A DNA stretch of 64,000 nt, the filler included, from Diploschistes diacapsis (lineage: Eukaryota): the NCBI GenBank assembly GCA_023645945.1. It is 8 parts of 8 records of this genome, joined end to end, with 100 filler letters (N's around TTAATTAATTAA, not from the genome) between each part and the next. Parts side by side here need not be neighbours in the genome. Positions count along the whole stretch, not along the records: positions 49,236 to 54,422 come from JALAIB010001588.1; positions 54,523 to 59,700 come from JALAIB010001589.1; positions 59,801 to 64,000 come from JALAIB010001751.1; 5 more parts are not named here. The stretch is one strand, 5' to 3'. Shown here one piece after another: positions 51,957-64,000 of the stretch. Position 1 is the stretch's first letter. Each line of letters begins with the position of its first letter. The translations under genes were made by a program, and so were the position numbers. The notes under the pieces are model-generated. The model worked only from the letters and a program-made list of their open reading frames with translations. It did not search any database and had not been told where the DNA came from.

Positions 51957-53154
51957 CTTGGCAATGAAATGACTCCTTCCAATGTAGATGCGCAAGGGGA
52001 AGGGGCCATTATATTGGCCGCAAGGAAGACACGGACGAATCCCAGAAAGTTCCTTCCTTCCCGCCTCTAGTCCGAAGTTCAACGCATCCAATACAACAGT
52101 TTTGAGCACCTGAATTGAAGCCTATTGACGCTAATGCACTAATAACCGGTTCATGCTGGACGTTTGTCGAATGATAAAGATAACACTGGCCTCCTGCCTG
52201 AGCCAGACTAGGTAGAGCAGCCGGACGGGTCTAGCTGTCTTTGCTTTTTTTTTCTGTGGCCACCCGGGCTCTTGCAACGTTCCATCCAGTCAATCGGGAA
52301 GTCTGGGAGACGAAGTAGTTTCGATACCCGTTGTATTTATATAGTTGGTTGTGTTCCTGTTGTCAAAGCAATCGGAAAATAAAGCTTCCGTTGATGCCTC
52401 TTTATACCTCTCTTGTCCTTCACACCAACTCTGGAATCAAAACCCAGGCATAACTGGCAGGATGAAAGAAGTTGCCCAACAGGCGTTTGGTGTCCTGTTT
52501 AAGGTCGAGTTCTCAAGATGCTCATGGAGCGAGGCAATAGTATTGAAGCTGTTGATCTACTACCATTGGGATCTCTACTCCTTACCGTCAACGAGCTCCC
52601 AGAGAGGCCAGATATCCAGCTCGCTTCCCAGCTTTTGAACCAAAACAGAAAATTGCCAAGGGCGAGCTTCTTCAACGACTCGAGACACTGTCTAAGTTGA
52701 GCTTGTTCGTAGAAAGTCGGGCGCTTTGGGGATTGCTCTGGAGGTGCGCTCCTGCAAGAGACGAGATCACCGTCGGTTTTGTTTGTGTCTTTGTTCTCTT
52801 TCTAGTGTAATGTGTGGCATGTCTGAACACCAAGCCGTTGTCGGACAAGATCTGCTGTGAAGTGGTTATAGACTCAAGATCTGCTGTGAGATACTGTATA
52901 AATGATAGCAGGGACTCTAATGTCAATAATGAATCAGCGGTAGGTTAGAAAGTCGTTTCTCATTCTCACGGCCCGCCATTACCTTCTTCTCCTAGGAAGG
53001 ACTTCGATTGAACCTACTCCAGAAAGTGAAATTGGGTAAATCCTTGCCAACCCCAAGTTTCATGTTGAAGTCGTTCTTCTCTTAAAGCTCACTTCGTGTT
53101 TTCCTACATGACGTTCATCCCATTGCTTAACCGAAGGAGTAGTGAGCGCTTATT

Positions 53155-54293
53155 ATGGAAACTATGCTCGATGTACTCCGAGTCGTTTGCATGTGGATCT
53201 GTAGAGCTGGATTCCTTGTCCTCGTTGTAAGTTTCAAGGTGCTCAGTGTCGATAGTCTGCTATTAACTGTTCCCGCTAGTACTTTACAAGCTCGGCGCTA
53301 TACGACCTCTACCTCCATCCTCTGGCTCGCTTTCCCGGCCCAAAGCTCTGGATCATCAGCCGACTGCCTTTTGCTCCAGCTCTCATCGGTGGTCGCTACC
53401 AACACAAGATCAAGACCTTCCACGACGAGTATGGGCCGATCGTGCGTATTGGCAGAAACGACCTATCCTTCATTGACGGCGAAGCATGGAACGACATCTA
53501 CTCCTCGAGTGCCGGATTCGAGCGAGATCCTCGCTGGACTTCTGCAGGCAAAGGTGCGAAGAAGAGTCTCATAAGCTCTCCGAAAGCAGACCACGACCGC
53601 TACAGACGGCTGCTAAATGCTGCCTTCTCGCCAAAAGCCTTGAAGAGTCAGGAGGAGATGATCCAAGGCTACATCGGCTACTTCTTGGATCTCCTCGTCA
53701 AAGAAACCGCCAAGGCCTCGAAATTGAACCTCAAGCCATGGTTCGAGTGGCTCTTCTTCGACATTGACGGCAACCTTAGCTTTGGCGAAAGCTTCCACGC
53801 CATGAGCCAGCCCGAAAACAGACCTTTTGTTGCAGCCATGGTTGAGAAGTTCAAGGCCGTGATGTATCTTATCGGTTCAGCCTACGTTCCATGGCTCCGT
53901 CTGCCCATCCTTTCGCTCGTACCGAAGAAGCAGTGGGTCGCTCACGTCCAGCACCGGGCATACGCAAGAGAAAAGGTCATGAAGCGTCTGGCGGAGGGCG
54001 ATAACCCACAGAAACCAGATTTCATCACCTACCTCAGCAGGAACAACGTTGAAGGCAAGAACCATGTGACCGAGGAAGAGCTGGTAGGCAATATGGACAT
54101 CGTGCTTATCGCAGGCAGCGAGACGACAGCTACTTCATCGCTTGCCGCCATGCACGAGCTCCTGCAGACTCGCAACCGCTACGCACTTGCCAAACTCCAG
54201 CGGGAGATCCGAGCAGCTTTCCGCACCGAGGCGGAGATCACCCCTGAGGCAACACTCAAGCTGCCCTATCTTAGCGCGGTGATAGAAGAAAGT
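53155..54293 (+). CDS. Cytochrome P450, 5' part, truncated by spacer
   Basis: HPLARFPGP, YGPIVRIG, RRLLNAAFS, AGSETT I-helix, YLSAVIEE K-helix start; heme Cys motif is beyond the contig end. Confidence 0.88.
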
Positions 54294-54522
54294 AAGTGAT
54301 CTATTCTTCTACGCTCTTGCCTATTTCTCCATTCTTCCCTCGCCATTCCCTTCACCCTCATCCATCCCTATGCCCCAGACACACGATCCAAGCTGAACCC
54401 CCTCCCCCATTCAGCCTTCCGCNNNNNNNNNNNNNNNNNNNNNNNNNNNNNNNNNNNNNNNNNNNNTTAATTAATTAANNNNNNNNNNNNNNNNNNNNNN
54501 NNNNNNNNNNNNNNNNNNNNNN

Positions 54523-55656
54523 CATCCGCACCCCCGTCGCGCCCAGCGGATGGCCCAGCGCAATCGCCCCACCCTTCGGGTTCACCCTCTCCTCATCCAG
54601 CCCCAAAGCGCGAATACAATACAGACTCTGGCTCGCAAACGCCTCATTAAGCTCCCAGATCCCGACATCCTCCTTCGCGATCCGACAAAACTCCAGCAGC
54701 CGCGGCACCGCCACCGCCGGCCCGATCCCCATCTCGTCCGGCTGGCACCCGGCCACCTGCGTGCCCGCCCACTTCCCCACAATGCTCCGCGCCAGCCCCA
54801 GCTCCGCCGCCGTGCTGCGCCGCATCATCAGCACTCCCGACGCCCCATCCGTCACCTGCGACGAGTTCCCCGCCGTGCCCGTCCCGCCCTCCTTGAACAC
54901 GGGCTTCAGCCGGCCCAGCCCCGCCGCCGTCGCGCCCTCCCGTATCCCGTCGTCCTGCGTCACCACAATCTCCCGTTCGACCCCGCTCTCCGGATCAACC
55001 CACCGCGTCGTCACGGGCACGATCTCCGCGTCGAACAGCCCCTCCCGCCGCGCCCGCGCCGCCTTGCGATGGCTCTCGGCAGCAAAGGCATCCTGCTCCC
55101 CCCTCCCCACGCCGTACCGCTCCGCCACGTTCTCGGACGTAATCCCCATGGCCATCACGCAGTCCCTCACCTCCTTCCCGGCCTTGTCCTCGTCGACGAG
55201 CTCCGGCCACAGCACCGTCGGAATCGCCCGACTGCCGTAGTTCCGGCTCATGCTCTCCATCCCGCCCGCGATGCCCACGTCGATGCTCCCCGCCGCCAGC
55301 GCGTGCGCGACGCCCGTCACCGCCGACAGGCTGGACGCGCACTGCCGGTTCACGCTCGAGAAAGAGCTGGTGGCCGGGAGACCCGCGTGCAGGCCCGCCA
55401 TGCGCCCGGCTTTGGCGCCGGAGAGCTCGGAGAGGACGGTGCCGATTGCGACGTCGTTGATTCTGGAGGGCGGGAGGGACGGGTGCGCCGTGAGCAGGCC
55501 GCGGAGGATCGTGCTGAGGAGTTGCTCCGGGTAAGAGTCTTTCAGGCCGCCCTTTTTCGCCCGGGTGAGGGGCGTGCGTAGCGGCGAGAGGAGGACGATG
55601 TCGTGCGGGGATTTGGTGAGGAGGGCGGGCAGCGTGCGGTGGAGGTAGCCGGCCAT
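54523..55656 (-). CDS. 3-ketoacyl-CoA thiolase, truncated near C-terminus
   Basis: NRQCASSL, GGMESMS, TAGNSSQVTDGA, NEAFAS, GGAIALGHPLGATG. Confidence 0.93.
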
Positions 55657-56091
55657 CTTCTTTTTTTTATTTCAATGGAGGGGTGCTGGGTGGGGAAGTA
55701 GGCAGGCAGGCAGTGCAGGGTATCTAGCTTACGGAGGACTTGAGTGGGAGGGATCACGGGCCAATGCTAAAAGAACCAGTCACGAATAGAGATGGGAGGT
55801 AGGAATGAATATGCGTGGAGGAGAACGAGATTGGAACCTAGCTCTTTGAAGATTGAAGATCGTATTTCAAATTCCAAGGTACACGTCACTTTGCTCATCG
55901 CCGCTGGTGGAGCTTGACGCTGGGAGAGACACCGAGCGAGGCAGTTGGCCGCGGTAAAATGCGATGGCGGCCAAGGAGAGCTCCAGCCTCGAAACAGACT
56001 AGCGCGCATCTCACCTTTCACCGCAGGAAAAAAGTTTCTGAGCGCAAGAACTCACATTTGCCAAAGTTAGTCCTAACAGTAACAGTTTCGC

Positions 56092-57468
56092 ATGATGAAG
56101 TCCACTCTATGCCGCGCAAGGCTCCGCGCCTCCTCCTCATCCCCGCTCGCCTCTAATTACCCCTGCCTCCGCTGCCGCACCCACCTTCTTCCGCGCTCAT
56201 CCCGCACACCATCTCTTCTACCGCGACTCACCCAACGCCACGCCTCCAACGAGGCTCAGAACGCAACTGTCTCCGCAATCCGCAAGAAGATCTGGGGCAC
56301 AGAACATCCCCCCGGTCAGCGCGATCCGTACCAGCAGCTGACGCCCGAGGAGCGCGAAAAGGAGGAGCAAGCCGCGGCTGCCGAACGGGACCTCGAAGTG
56401 AAGAAGCAAGCGGAAGCGGATGTCATCGCGGAAGCACAGGCGGAATACGTGCCTGCCACTACGTGGGAGGGGCTAGAGCGTATAGGAGGGCCGACCGGAT
56501 GGTGGGAGGAGGCGTGGGATAGGGAGAATGTCTTTGAGGGGTAAGAGGGTTGCTTTGGGGCTTCTGTGTGTGAGCTGACCAGGCTGTAGGTATCTGACGC
56601 AAGCCAAAATCTCGCATGGGGAGGCTGCGAGTACGGCGAAGAGGGTACTGGTCGAGTTGTTGGCGCTGCGGGATGCTGGGCGACCATTGAGCGATGCTTC
56701 GAAAGCACCCGCTTATAGCGAGGTCGACTATGAGGGCATTGATATTACGGTTCCGTCGGATGGACAGGCTCAGTTGAGCTACAAAGACCCAGTCATTCAA
56801 GGCGAGCTAATTGACTCGTTGGAACCGGAAGAAGGAGCGTCCGCCGAAGTGGCCTTAAATGAGCAACCTGTGGACGAAGTCGGCACCGAAGGCGATGTGA
56901 CCTCTAACGAGCAAGTCATAGACGAAGTCGTCACAGAAGAAGATGATATCTCGTACATTGAGTACCTCGACTCACAGTTGCAACAATCGGAGGGAAGCTT
57001 AGAGAGGCTCAAAAGGCAAATAGGTTCGATCTTATTAGCACGATCAGAGAACTCCAAGGAGGAGATCAATGTCGAGACTGCGCCCTGGCTCAAATTCCCC
57101 CTCACTGACCTCCAGTTCAGGTTTGCTGTAAGCTCTTACCCTCTATTACCCATTCTTTCAACTGGTTCTAACTCTTGCAGTTCATCAAGCGCTTGATGGG
57201 CGTCTCCGGCATACGAATCCACGATCCCAAGATCGCCAATTTCGGTACCATCGGCGACGTCGTAGCTCACCTCTCGGAGAAGCCCAAGCCCAAAAGGCTA
57301 GCCGAGATTCTCCTCTCAAACCCGGAACATATGGCACTCCCGAACGTCGAAATCTTCGAACGTCGACACACACCAATTGATAAAGAGAAGGAGATTGGAC
57401 GATGGAAGGTAATCGAGGCAGAATTGCTGAGGAGAGGGCTGCCTGTTACTGGGCACCGCGTGCGTTAA
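56092..57468 (+). CDS. Mitochondrial large ribosomal subunit protein mL50-like, 3 exons
   Basis: Arg/Ser-rich presequence, RKKIWGT, YVPATTWEGLERIG, RFA|FIKRLMGVSGIRIHD, TPIDKEKEIGRWKVIE. Confidence 0.75.
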
Positions 57469-57964
57469 TTTTCTTACGATCCACTTTCACGCTTGGCGCG
57501 CGAGTTGCGCTTGCTCTGGAAAGCGGGTATATCTTGAGGCCCCTCAATCGCTTAAGTTCTACGAAAACAGCATGTACATCCGAAGGTCTTGGGGTTGAAG
57601 CCAGTCCTCAGGAAGGAGCTCCGCAAGCTGCTAGGGCAACGCCGATTGAGCAAGTATATAAAAAATACCCACATCTTTCTCGGCTTCTTCTACGCGTGCT
57701 CATCGCCAGTCTATCATCAATCACTTTGTGAAGCATACTTCTCTCAACAGGCCGTACCCATCACCAGCTTTACTACCAACCATCTCGTGAAGTCTAACTC
57801 TCAACGAAGGCTCGGCATTGGGTTATCTGATTGAACGCTGCACGATTCAAGGTATGGTTGGCTGCACTATCAAAGCTTCCTCTATAATATTAGCGACATG
57901 GTTAACTGAAGTATCTAGCTATACTTAAGGCTAAGCTCGAGAGCTATCCATCTCCGCTACCGCT

Positions 57965-58742
57965 ATGGCTGACAGCAAACCCCGTTCAGCCACCGGCATC
58001 AAACAAAGCCTCTCTGTAGGCTTCCTAACCGGAAACAGCAAGACCGAACTGGAAAAAGGCTGTGTTAGGTTTGAAGGGAACATGAGATGCCGAATCTGTC
58101 AAGATGGCGACTTCGAGTGCATCAGCAGTGAAGACGAGGCGAAGTGCCGGAGATGTCAAGGGTGGATTTCCAGGTGTATATTCTCCCGGACTGCTGAGCT
58201 CATTGCCTCCAAAGCTCAGCTTCCGTGGGAACTGATATGTTCGCAACATTCTGCAAGAGTGTGAGTCTCATCGAGATTCGTGGAGTCGCTCACGCTCATA
58301 GAGTGCAGTGAAAAAATCGTCACTCCGGAGACAATTGAAAGACTTGCTTGGCCCGGCGAGGCACTGGCCCAAGTTGTAAGCGATGAGAGGGTGGGAGAGA
58401 TGTATGAGGCTGTTCAAAGCAGAAATAATAGTAGCATCGGTAAGTCTGTTGGTCATCCCGTACGAAGCCAGCAATAATCAGTCTCTAGCAACCTCGCCGC
58501 CAAGTTCTGGGCCTGAGCAAGCATCAAGCACAAAAGGCTCTGATGGAAGCCCGACCCAGTTGAGCACTCACGAGTCAATGACCGGCATAACTAGTCTTGG
58601 TACTGCTCCCGGATCGACAGGCAACTCTTCAATAACCATTAGTGCTGACCGTAACCACGGCCAGAAGCGAAAGTCGGTCGATGATGTGCTAGACACAGCT
58701 CATAGAAAGAGCCCCAAGAAGCATTCGTGTCAGTATTCCTAA
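57965..58742 (+). CDS. Hypothetical protein with atypical Zn2Cys6-spaced cysteine cluster; exon structure uncertain
   Basis: CRICQDGDFECISSEDEAKCRRCQGWISRC matches C-x2-C-x6-C-x8-C-x2-C-x6-C; GTGAGT and GTAAGT donors near 58261 and 58440. Confidence 0.4.
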
Positions 58743-59800
58743 TGCATGTTCACACAATGGTTTTGGCTCACTTCTTATCATAGGAATGTCTATCACGACG
58801 ACACTACGAGACACCGCCGTTCTAACGAGTACTTCAGGTGCAAATCACAAGTCTACAGATGAGAAGACTTTAAAGAAACATGGGAAAGAACATCTGAAAG
58901 AGCCAGGATAAGTGTCGAAGACAAAGACATGAGGAATATAGCACGCTGCAGAGGCTCTCCGTCACAGCACTTTCATGGTATTAGTTGCTCCTACGGCTGT
59001 TAGACTCGGAATTGGTTAGCTAGCAGCGTCTTCCTGCTTGTTGAGTTCTTGCTGCATCTTGTTCATTGTCTGTTAGTTAGTATTGAATTAGACTAGCTGT
59101 TGATAAATACACTCCAACATCGAAGCTCCTTCGAACATTTTCACTGAGCAGCACGTGTTCCACGCTAAATGCCTCTCACAGCCCAAGGTTCGCGCGGTGA
59201 CTGCCTCCGGAAATAAACTCGCATCTTTTCCCTGTTTAATCAAGATGGGCAATGGTAAATAAACTGCACGTGCAAATACCCGTGATGCCCGCGTGACGTC
59301 AGGGTGAATTTTGACTTTGACGATATACGCGCAATGGGTGGGGGGGTTGAACTTTGCAAGCCCCTCCAGAAAACTTCAAAAGAGCTAGGAAGGCAGACTG
59401 GTACTATATTTTCCTTCCTCAATCCTACAACCATCAACGAGCTCTTCTTCAAGGTAAAGCAAACACCACTATGCTTCTTCGTGGTGGTCGAGGCCTTGTC
59501 GCTTCAATACATGCATCCCATTTCCCTCTCCCATCCTCTCCTCTCCTCTCTCTTCTCCACTCCCAGTGCCTCATTCCTCACTGCCTCCCTCCTCCCAATC
59601 AAACTTCTCAAACGATCTCTCCATCAAGTCTCTCAGCTAACAGCCCCACCCTCATCACAGCAAACCCATAGCCCAATCCACCCCACAGCCCGCTCCACTC
59701 NNNNNNNNNNNNNNNNNNNNNNNNNNNNNNNNNNNNNNNNNNNNTTAATTAATTAANNNNNNNNNNNNNNNNNNNNNNNNNNNNNNNNNNNNNNNNNNNN

Positions 59801-60819
59801 GTCGTGGGGGTGAGGGAGTTGAGGAGGGTTAAGGGGGTGGAGACGATGATGTCGGCTTTGACGACTGTTGTTTGAGTAGTATCATCCGGTTGAAGGGGAG
59901 TGGGTTCTGCTTGGCCGATATGCATGCCCTTGCGCATGGCGGCGACTTTGACGGCCGTGCCAGCGATGAGTTTGCGCGTCTCGTTGACGATCTGATCGAC
60001 GAGCTCGTGCGTCGGCGCAAGAACAATAGCTTTGACGTAGTCGTTCTTCAAGCCTTCTTTGGCTGCGGTCTGGTTCCGGTAACGGAGATGCAGAATCCCT
60101 TGAATCGTAGGGATCAGGTAAGCCAGTGTCTTTCCACTTCCGGTGGGCGCAATAGTCAGCAGATCAACATGAGACCTTCGATCTTTCTTCTTTTTGTAAA
60201 GGCTCGATAGTCCGCGGTCCTCGTCTGTACCTAGCAGGATTGGAATCGCAGCTAGCTGTATCTCCGTAGGCACCGCGAAGCCATGCCTGTCGAGATTCTC
60301 TGCAAGTCTTCTAGAAATATTGAACCGAGGCCTTAGGTCTTTGAAAGATACGAGCGGCTGAGGAGTGAGCCGAAGCAGCGAGCCCTTCCTGTTCGAAGCG
60401 GATTCATCCGGCTGCGAAAACTTCTTTTTCTTCCCATCTCGATCCTTAATAGATAAATCTTCATCCAGTAGAGCGATCTTCAACTTGTGAAGCTTGAGGA
60501 GTTTTCGGCACTCTTCTTCAGATCGCGGCTGGTATTCAGCTTCATTGTTGGCATCAGTCTGGTCCGGAATGTCCTCGGAGCCAGCATCTCCAGCCTGTGG
60601 AGGAGTTTCCTCATTCTGTGACTCATTTTGCTGTACTGATTCGTTTTCTCTCTTCCGCTTGGTACCTCGCCGTGGCTCTTCTAAATGTCCTGACCCGTTT
60701 GAAAGTATGTGCGGATTACTCGGACCTCCCGCTGATGGTAGAAGCTGGTCGAGATGATTGTTTTTGGGAGGCCGCTTCTGAAAAGTAGTTCCACGAGCGA
60801 GAATTTTGAAGGCGTCCAT
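59801..60819 (-). CDS. ROK1: DEAD-box RNA helicase Rok1, 5' part, truncated
   Basis: MDAFKILARGT N-terminus, PQPLVSF, PTEIQ, APTGSGKT, LAPTHEL, DIIVSTP. Confidence 0.85.
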
Positions 60820-61312
60820 CTTGCGACTCTGTCTCGCTGCTGCTACGATGAGACCGGGTTTTTTACACAAGACAGTAAATGTCCTTGGATCCTCTATCAT
60901 AATTGGGGCTGCGCGTACACGTGACCTTGGAGATTTTCGACCGACAAGCCCTAAAGGAGCGCCTTTAACTTCTACCTTCTCGTCTGCTCTTGCACAACCG
61001 AAATACAGCATATTGAACATGTTGCATAAATACTATATCGAATATTCACCGGTGCAGAACACCATAAATCTGAATTCCTAGTAGTCTGTGTGTAACTTTT
61101 CGCCTATTTTCTGCAGATGGAGAACAGCCCAAAGCACAGCGGGAGAGCCCCACCGCAACCTTATCCGCTACCATCAATTCCGACCTACTGAGCATTCGCT
61201 AAACTCGCTTCCAATGTAATCCCTCCATCAGCAAGCGTCGTCACCATCATCATCATCATCATCAAAACTCCCCCTTCCAGCGCCACAAACTCACTCACCA
61301 CCACCGCCAACA

Positions 61313-62537
61313 TCACAAGTGCCCCTCCATAGCAACATCCTCCCCCGCCCCCGCCATGTCCCCTGCCTTCCTCTTCCCCGCAATCCCTCCTTTCCCTCCC
61401 GTGCTTTTTTCTTCCTCTCCTTCCTCGCTCCGCCCATCCTCCGTATACTCCACGATGCTCCACTCCCACCTTCCACTCCGGTCCCTCGTTTCTCCGCCTC
61501 CGCGTCGCTTCCGGATCCTACCCAGTCTCGTCCGCTCGATTATGTCCTCGAACCAGGGCTGACCTGTTGTTTCTGTGTCTCCTCTGCGCGAGGGCATGCG
61601 TGGCGTCAGTCGGTTGCCCCGGTGGACGAGGGTATTGGCTGCTGTTGGGCAAGCAGAGGCGGTTAAGGGGGCAGCTGAGGTGGAGGGCAACGGCGTGGGA
61701 GAGAGCGCAGAGAGCAAAGCGGCCGCGGCATCCGCCTCTTCGGCTTCGGCGAGCTGTCGGTCCGTTACGGCTGCCGCGAGAGAGATGTCGTTTATGTCAG
61801 AGGCGTTGTGCAGGGCCTCGTGAGCGGATGGGTCTGGTTCGTTGTCGTCGTCGTCCTCCTTGTCCTCGAGCTCGGAGAAAATGCCTAGATCTTCTAGAAT
61901 TCTTAAGCTGGAACCTTCCAGACTGCCGAGATTGATGTAGATGAGATCGGCCTCCTCGTCATCCCCTTTGCCTGAGTCGGCTCTGGTGCTTTCAAGTTGT
62001 GGTGTTTCCTGCCAGAAGCTCAGGTTGCTCCCGCAGAATCCGCAAAAGTGGCGCTTTGTGTGTGGAGCATGCAGAGGGCTGAAGGAGCGGCGAATGAAGG
62101 AAGGAGTTTCGTCGGGGTGGTAGGCGTAGGTTGTTGATTGGATGCAGGTCAGGGGGACGCAGAGGAAGGTCGGGAGAGGACTGGAATGGGTCAGGCCTAG
62201 AGAGGTTAGAAGAGGGTTATCTTGTTCTAGAAGCGGCAGAGTGATAGCAAGCAAGACAGTGGCTGAGGATAGGAAGCGAAGGAGACCAGAAGTGAGAGCA
62301 CTGGGCTAGCTAAGATGCCATTAGAGCTCCAAGGCGCGCGCAATGACCAAGGAGCAAAAAGTGCACATATGATAGTTCTAGTGAGAAATAAAGGAATTAC
62401 GTACGGCCCTCGACGCTATCATCAACAACGACCCTCACTACCTCCTGCACGTGCAGCGGGTCTGGCGGCAACGCAACTAGATACTGATTCCTCCCACAGC
62501 TGCAGGAACCGTGGAGAGCCGACAGTTCCATCGCCAT
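61313..62537 (-). CDS. Conserved fungal GFA/Mss4-like zinc-binding protein, 2 exons
   Basis: Exon 1 LHGSCSCGRNQY, exon 2 KRHFCGFCGSNLSFW and INLGSL; intron about 62198-62404. Confidence 0.7.
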
Positions 62538-63204
62538 TGCTCGATACTGCTCAAATCACAAGCCTTGAAACAGGGCCCCAAGGCAGATAGGAAGAAGAAC
62601 AGCAACTCCAGAGAGTGAAACAAGAGTCAAACGGTTATTGTGGGAGAATTGAATTCGATAGTGATGAAATGATGAAATGATGGAATGGTGGAATGATAGG
62701 ATGATGAAACGATGAAATAGCCGTTTTTCGAATGCAGAGAGAGAAGCGGGAAATCTCCCCGGGGGGTGGGGGGGAGCCGCAAGCCGAGTGAGTGGGGGAA
62801 GCTCTCTCTCAAGTTACGATAGAGCTCTATATACACTGAGTCGAGTTTCAAGCAGTACACAAATTGGCTCCCGTGATTTTGAGGTAGCAGTAAACTATGT
62901 CGAAACGTAGACGCAATCCAAAGCTATCTACAATTAGATACAAGGAAGCGTGCCCCTTTTCGAAATCCATATGGAAAACCGGTCTTCGTAGCTCCAGGAA
63001 GCCGAGCCCTTTTGCTCACAGCGGCCTATGGTCTTGCAGCTACCCGTGCAAGTCCTGTTGGAGGTCGATGTGTAGAAGCGAGCGTTCGAGGCCGCCGACC
63101 GGCTCTCCATGACCTTTGGGCTTCATGCCCGGGTCCCTCTTAACGACAAACGTCCTGTCCGTCCTAGATTCCCTCAGTCATTCCTCCATCCTCTCCCCGT
63201 CCCC

Positions 63205-63988
63205 TTACCCTTCCACTTCCCCATCCCCTCCATCAGCCTCGGCAGCAGCCTTCCATACCCGAACATGCCCGTCCTCTCCGCCCGTGACTATGATACCGCT
63301 CTATCACCACGATCAGCCACGGTTCAATCCGCGCCCCTATTCCCCTCATTCTTCTCCCGTAGAACTTACCTCATGATCCACGTGCACGCACCGCACAATC
63401 TCCTCCCCGTGCGCTCCCTCCAATCTAACACCCTCTTCGATCCTAAACTCCCAGACGGGCGTAGGCCGTAGGGGTACAATGTCCAGGGTATGCTTGCTAC
63501 ACCGCAGCAGCCAAGTCAGGAACAGAGCGTGGAGGCGGGGGGAAAGGGCGCAGGCGCGCAAGCGCGCAAGCAAGCTTCCGGACATACTTGTGACTCCCGG
63601 CACACACCAGCCCGCCCCCACCTCCACCAGCTGCGGGTAGGACATCAATCACGTACTCGCACCCCAATGCCGGCCTGATGTCTCCGAACACAGAGGCCGG
63701 CACCTCATCCTCGTCCTCGTCTTCATCCTCGTTTCGACCTTCGTCTCCACCTTCCCTGCCCCCGGCTTCAACCCCTTCGGTACGGCGGTATATAGAAAGC
63801 TGCTCGTCGTTGCTCAGCGCAGAGATTTCCGTCTCGGACAGGAAATTAGCATGGTGGACCGAGGACTGGTGGTTTATGATCTGCATCAGCGCCTCGTCTT
63901 TGTCGGATATGCTGGTGTTGAAGATGTTGACGAGGCCGTCCGAGGAGGCGGAGAGGAGGGTCTGGGGTTCTCGGGGGTGCCAGTGGAG
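63205..63988 (-). CDS. WD-repeat protein WDR89/YNL035C-like, 3' part
   Basis: LHWHP...LLSASSDGLVNIF, SVHHANF, LGCEYVID, GAHGEEIVR, TGGEDGHVRVW. Confidence 0.75.
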
Positions 63989-64000
63989 CTAGGGAAGGGG

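Noticed and set aside
49800..55656. P450 plus thiolase plus phosphoesterase as a secondary-metabolite cluster
   Set aside because: A spacer separates the P450 from the thiolase and no backbone synthase gene is present
55590..55656. Thiolase N-terminus lacking a PTS2 signal
   Set aside because: The C-terminus is missing, so targeting cannot be judged, and PTS2-less paralogues are not unusual

Overview
Filamentous ascomycete (Pezizomycotina) genomic DNA with short spliceosomal introns (GT..AG, CTRAY branch sites). The window is not contiguous. Seven 100-nt spacers (N44-TTAATTAATTAA-N44) join eight contigs. Contigs 2-7 decrease monotonically in length (5254, 5213, 5198, 5197, 5187, 5178 bp), so they were concatenated by size and adjacency across spacers has no biological meaning. 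Contig 1 (1-27873) carries the ARP6 3' end, an SDR, a frameshifted NmrA/EasG-like pseudogene, ISA2, kynureninase, a THI20-like kinase, DBP2, TYR1, a DOMON-cytochrome b561 protein, a CarO-like rhodopsin and a maltose permease. The short contigs carry a WD40 protein, a divergent acyltransferase-3/GT32 pair, a GH5, a GPAT/DHAPAT-type acyltransferase, TUP1, a 5'-nucleotidase-like phosphoesterase, a P450, a thiolase, mL50, ROK1, a GFA-like gene and a WDR89-like gene, plus AT-rich transposon relics. The most interesting signals are non-coding. Several housekeeping genes (TYR1, DBP2, kynureninase) have oversized introns with visible RNA structure, including a candidate snR4-like box C/D snoRNA inside an apparently nested intron of TYR1. 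An intronless O-acyltransferase plus glycosyltransferase cassette flanked by transposon relics is also notable. All gene calls come from motif recognition by eye; no database search or folding computation was run.
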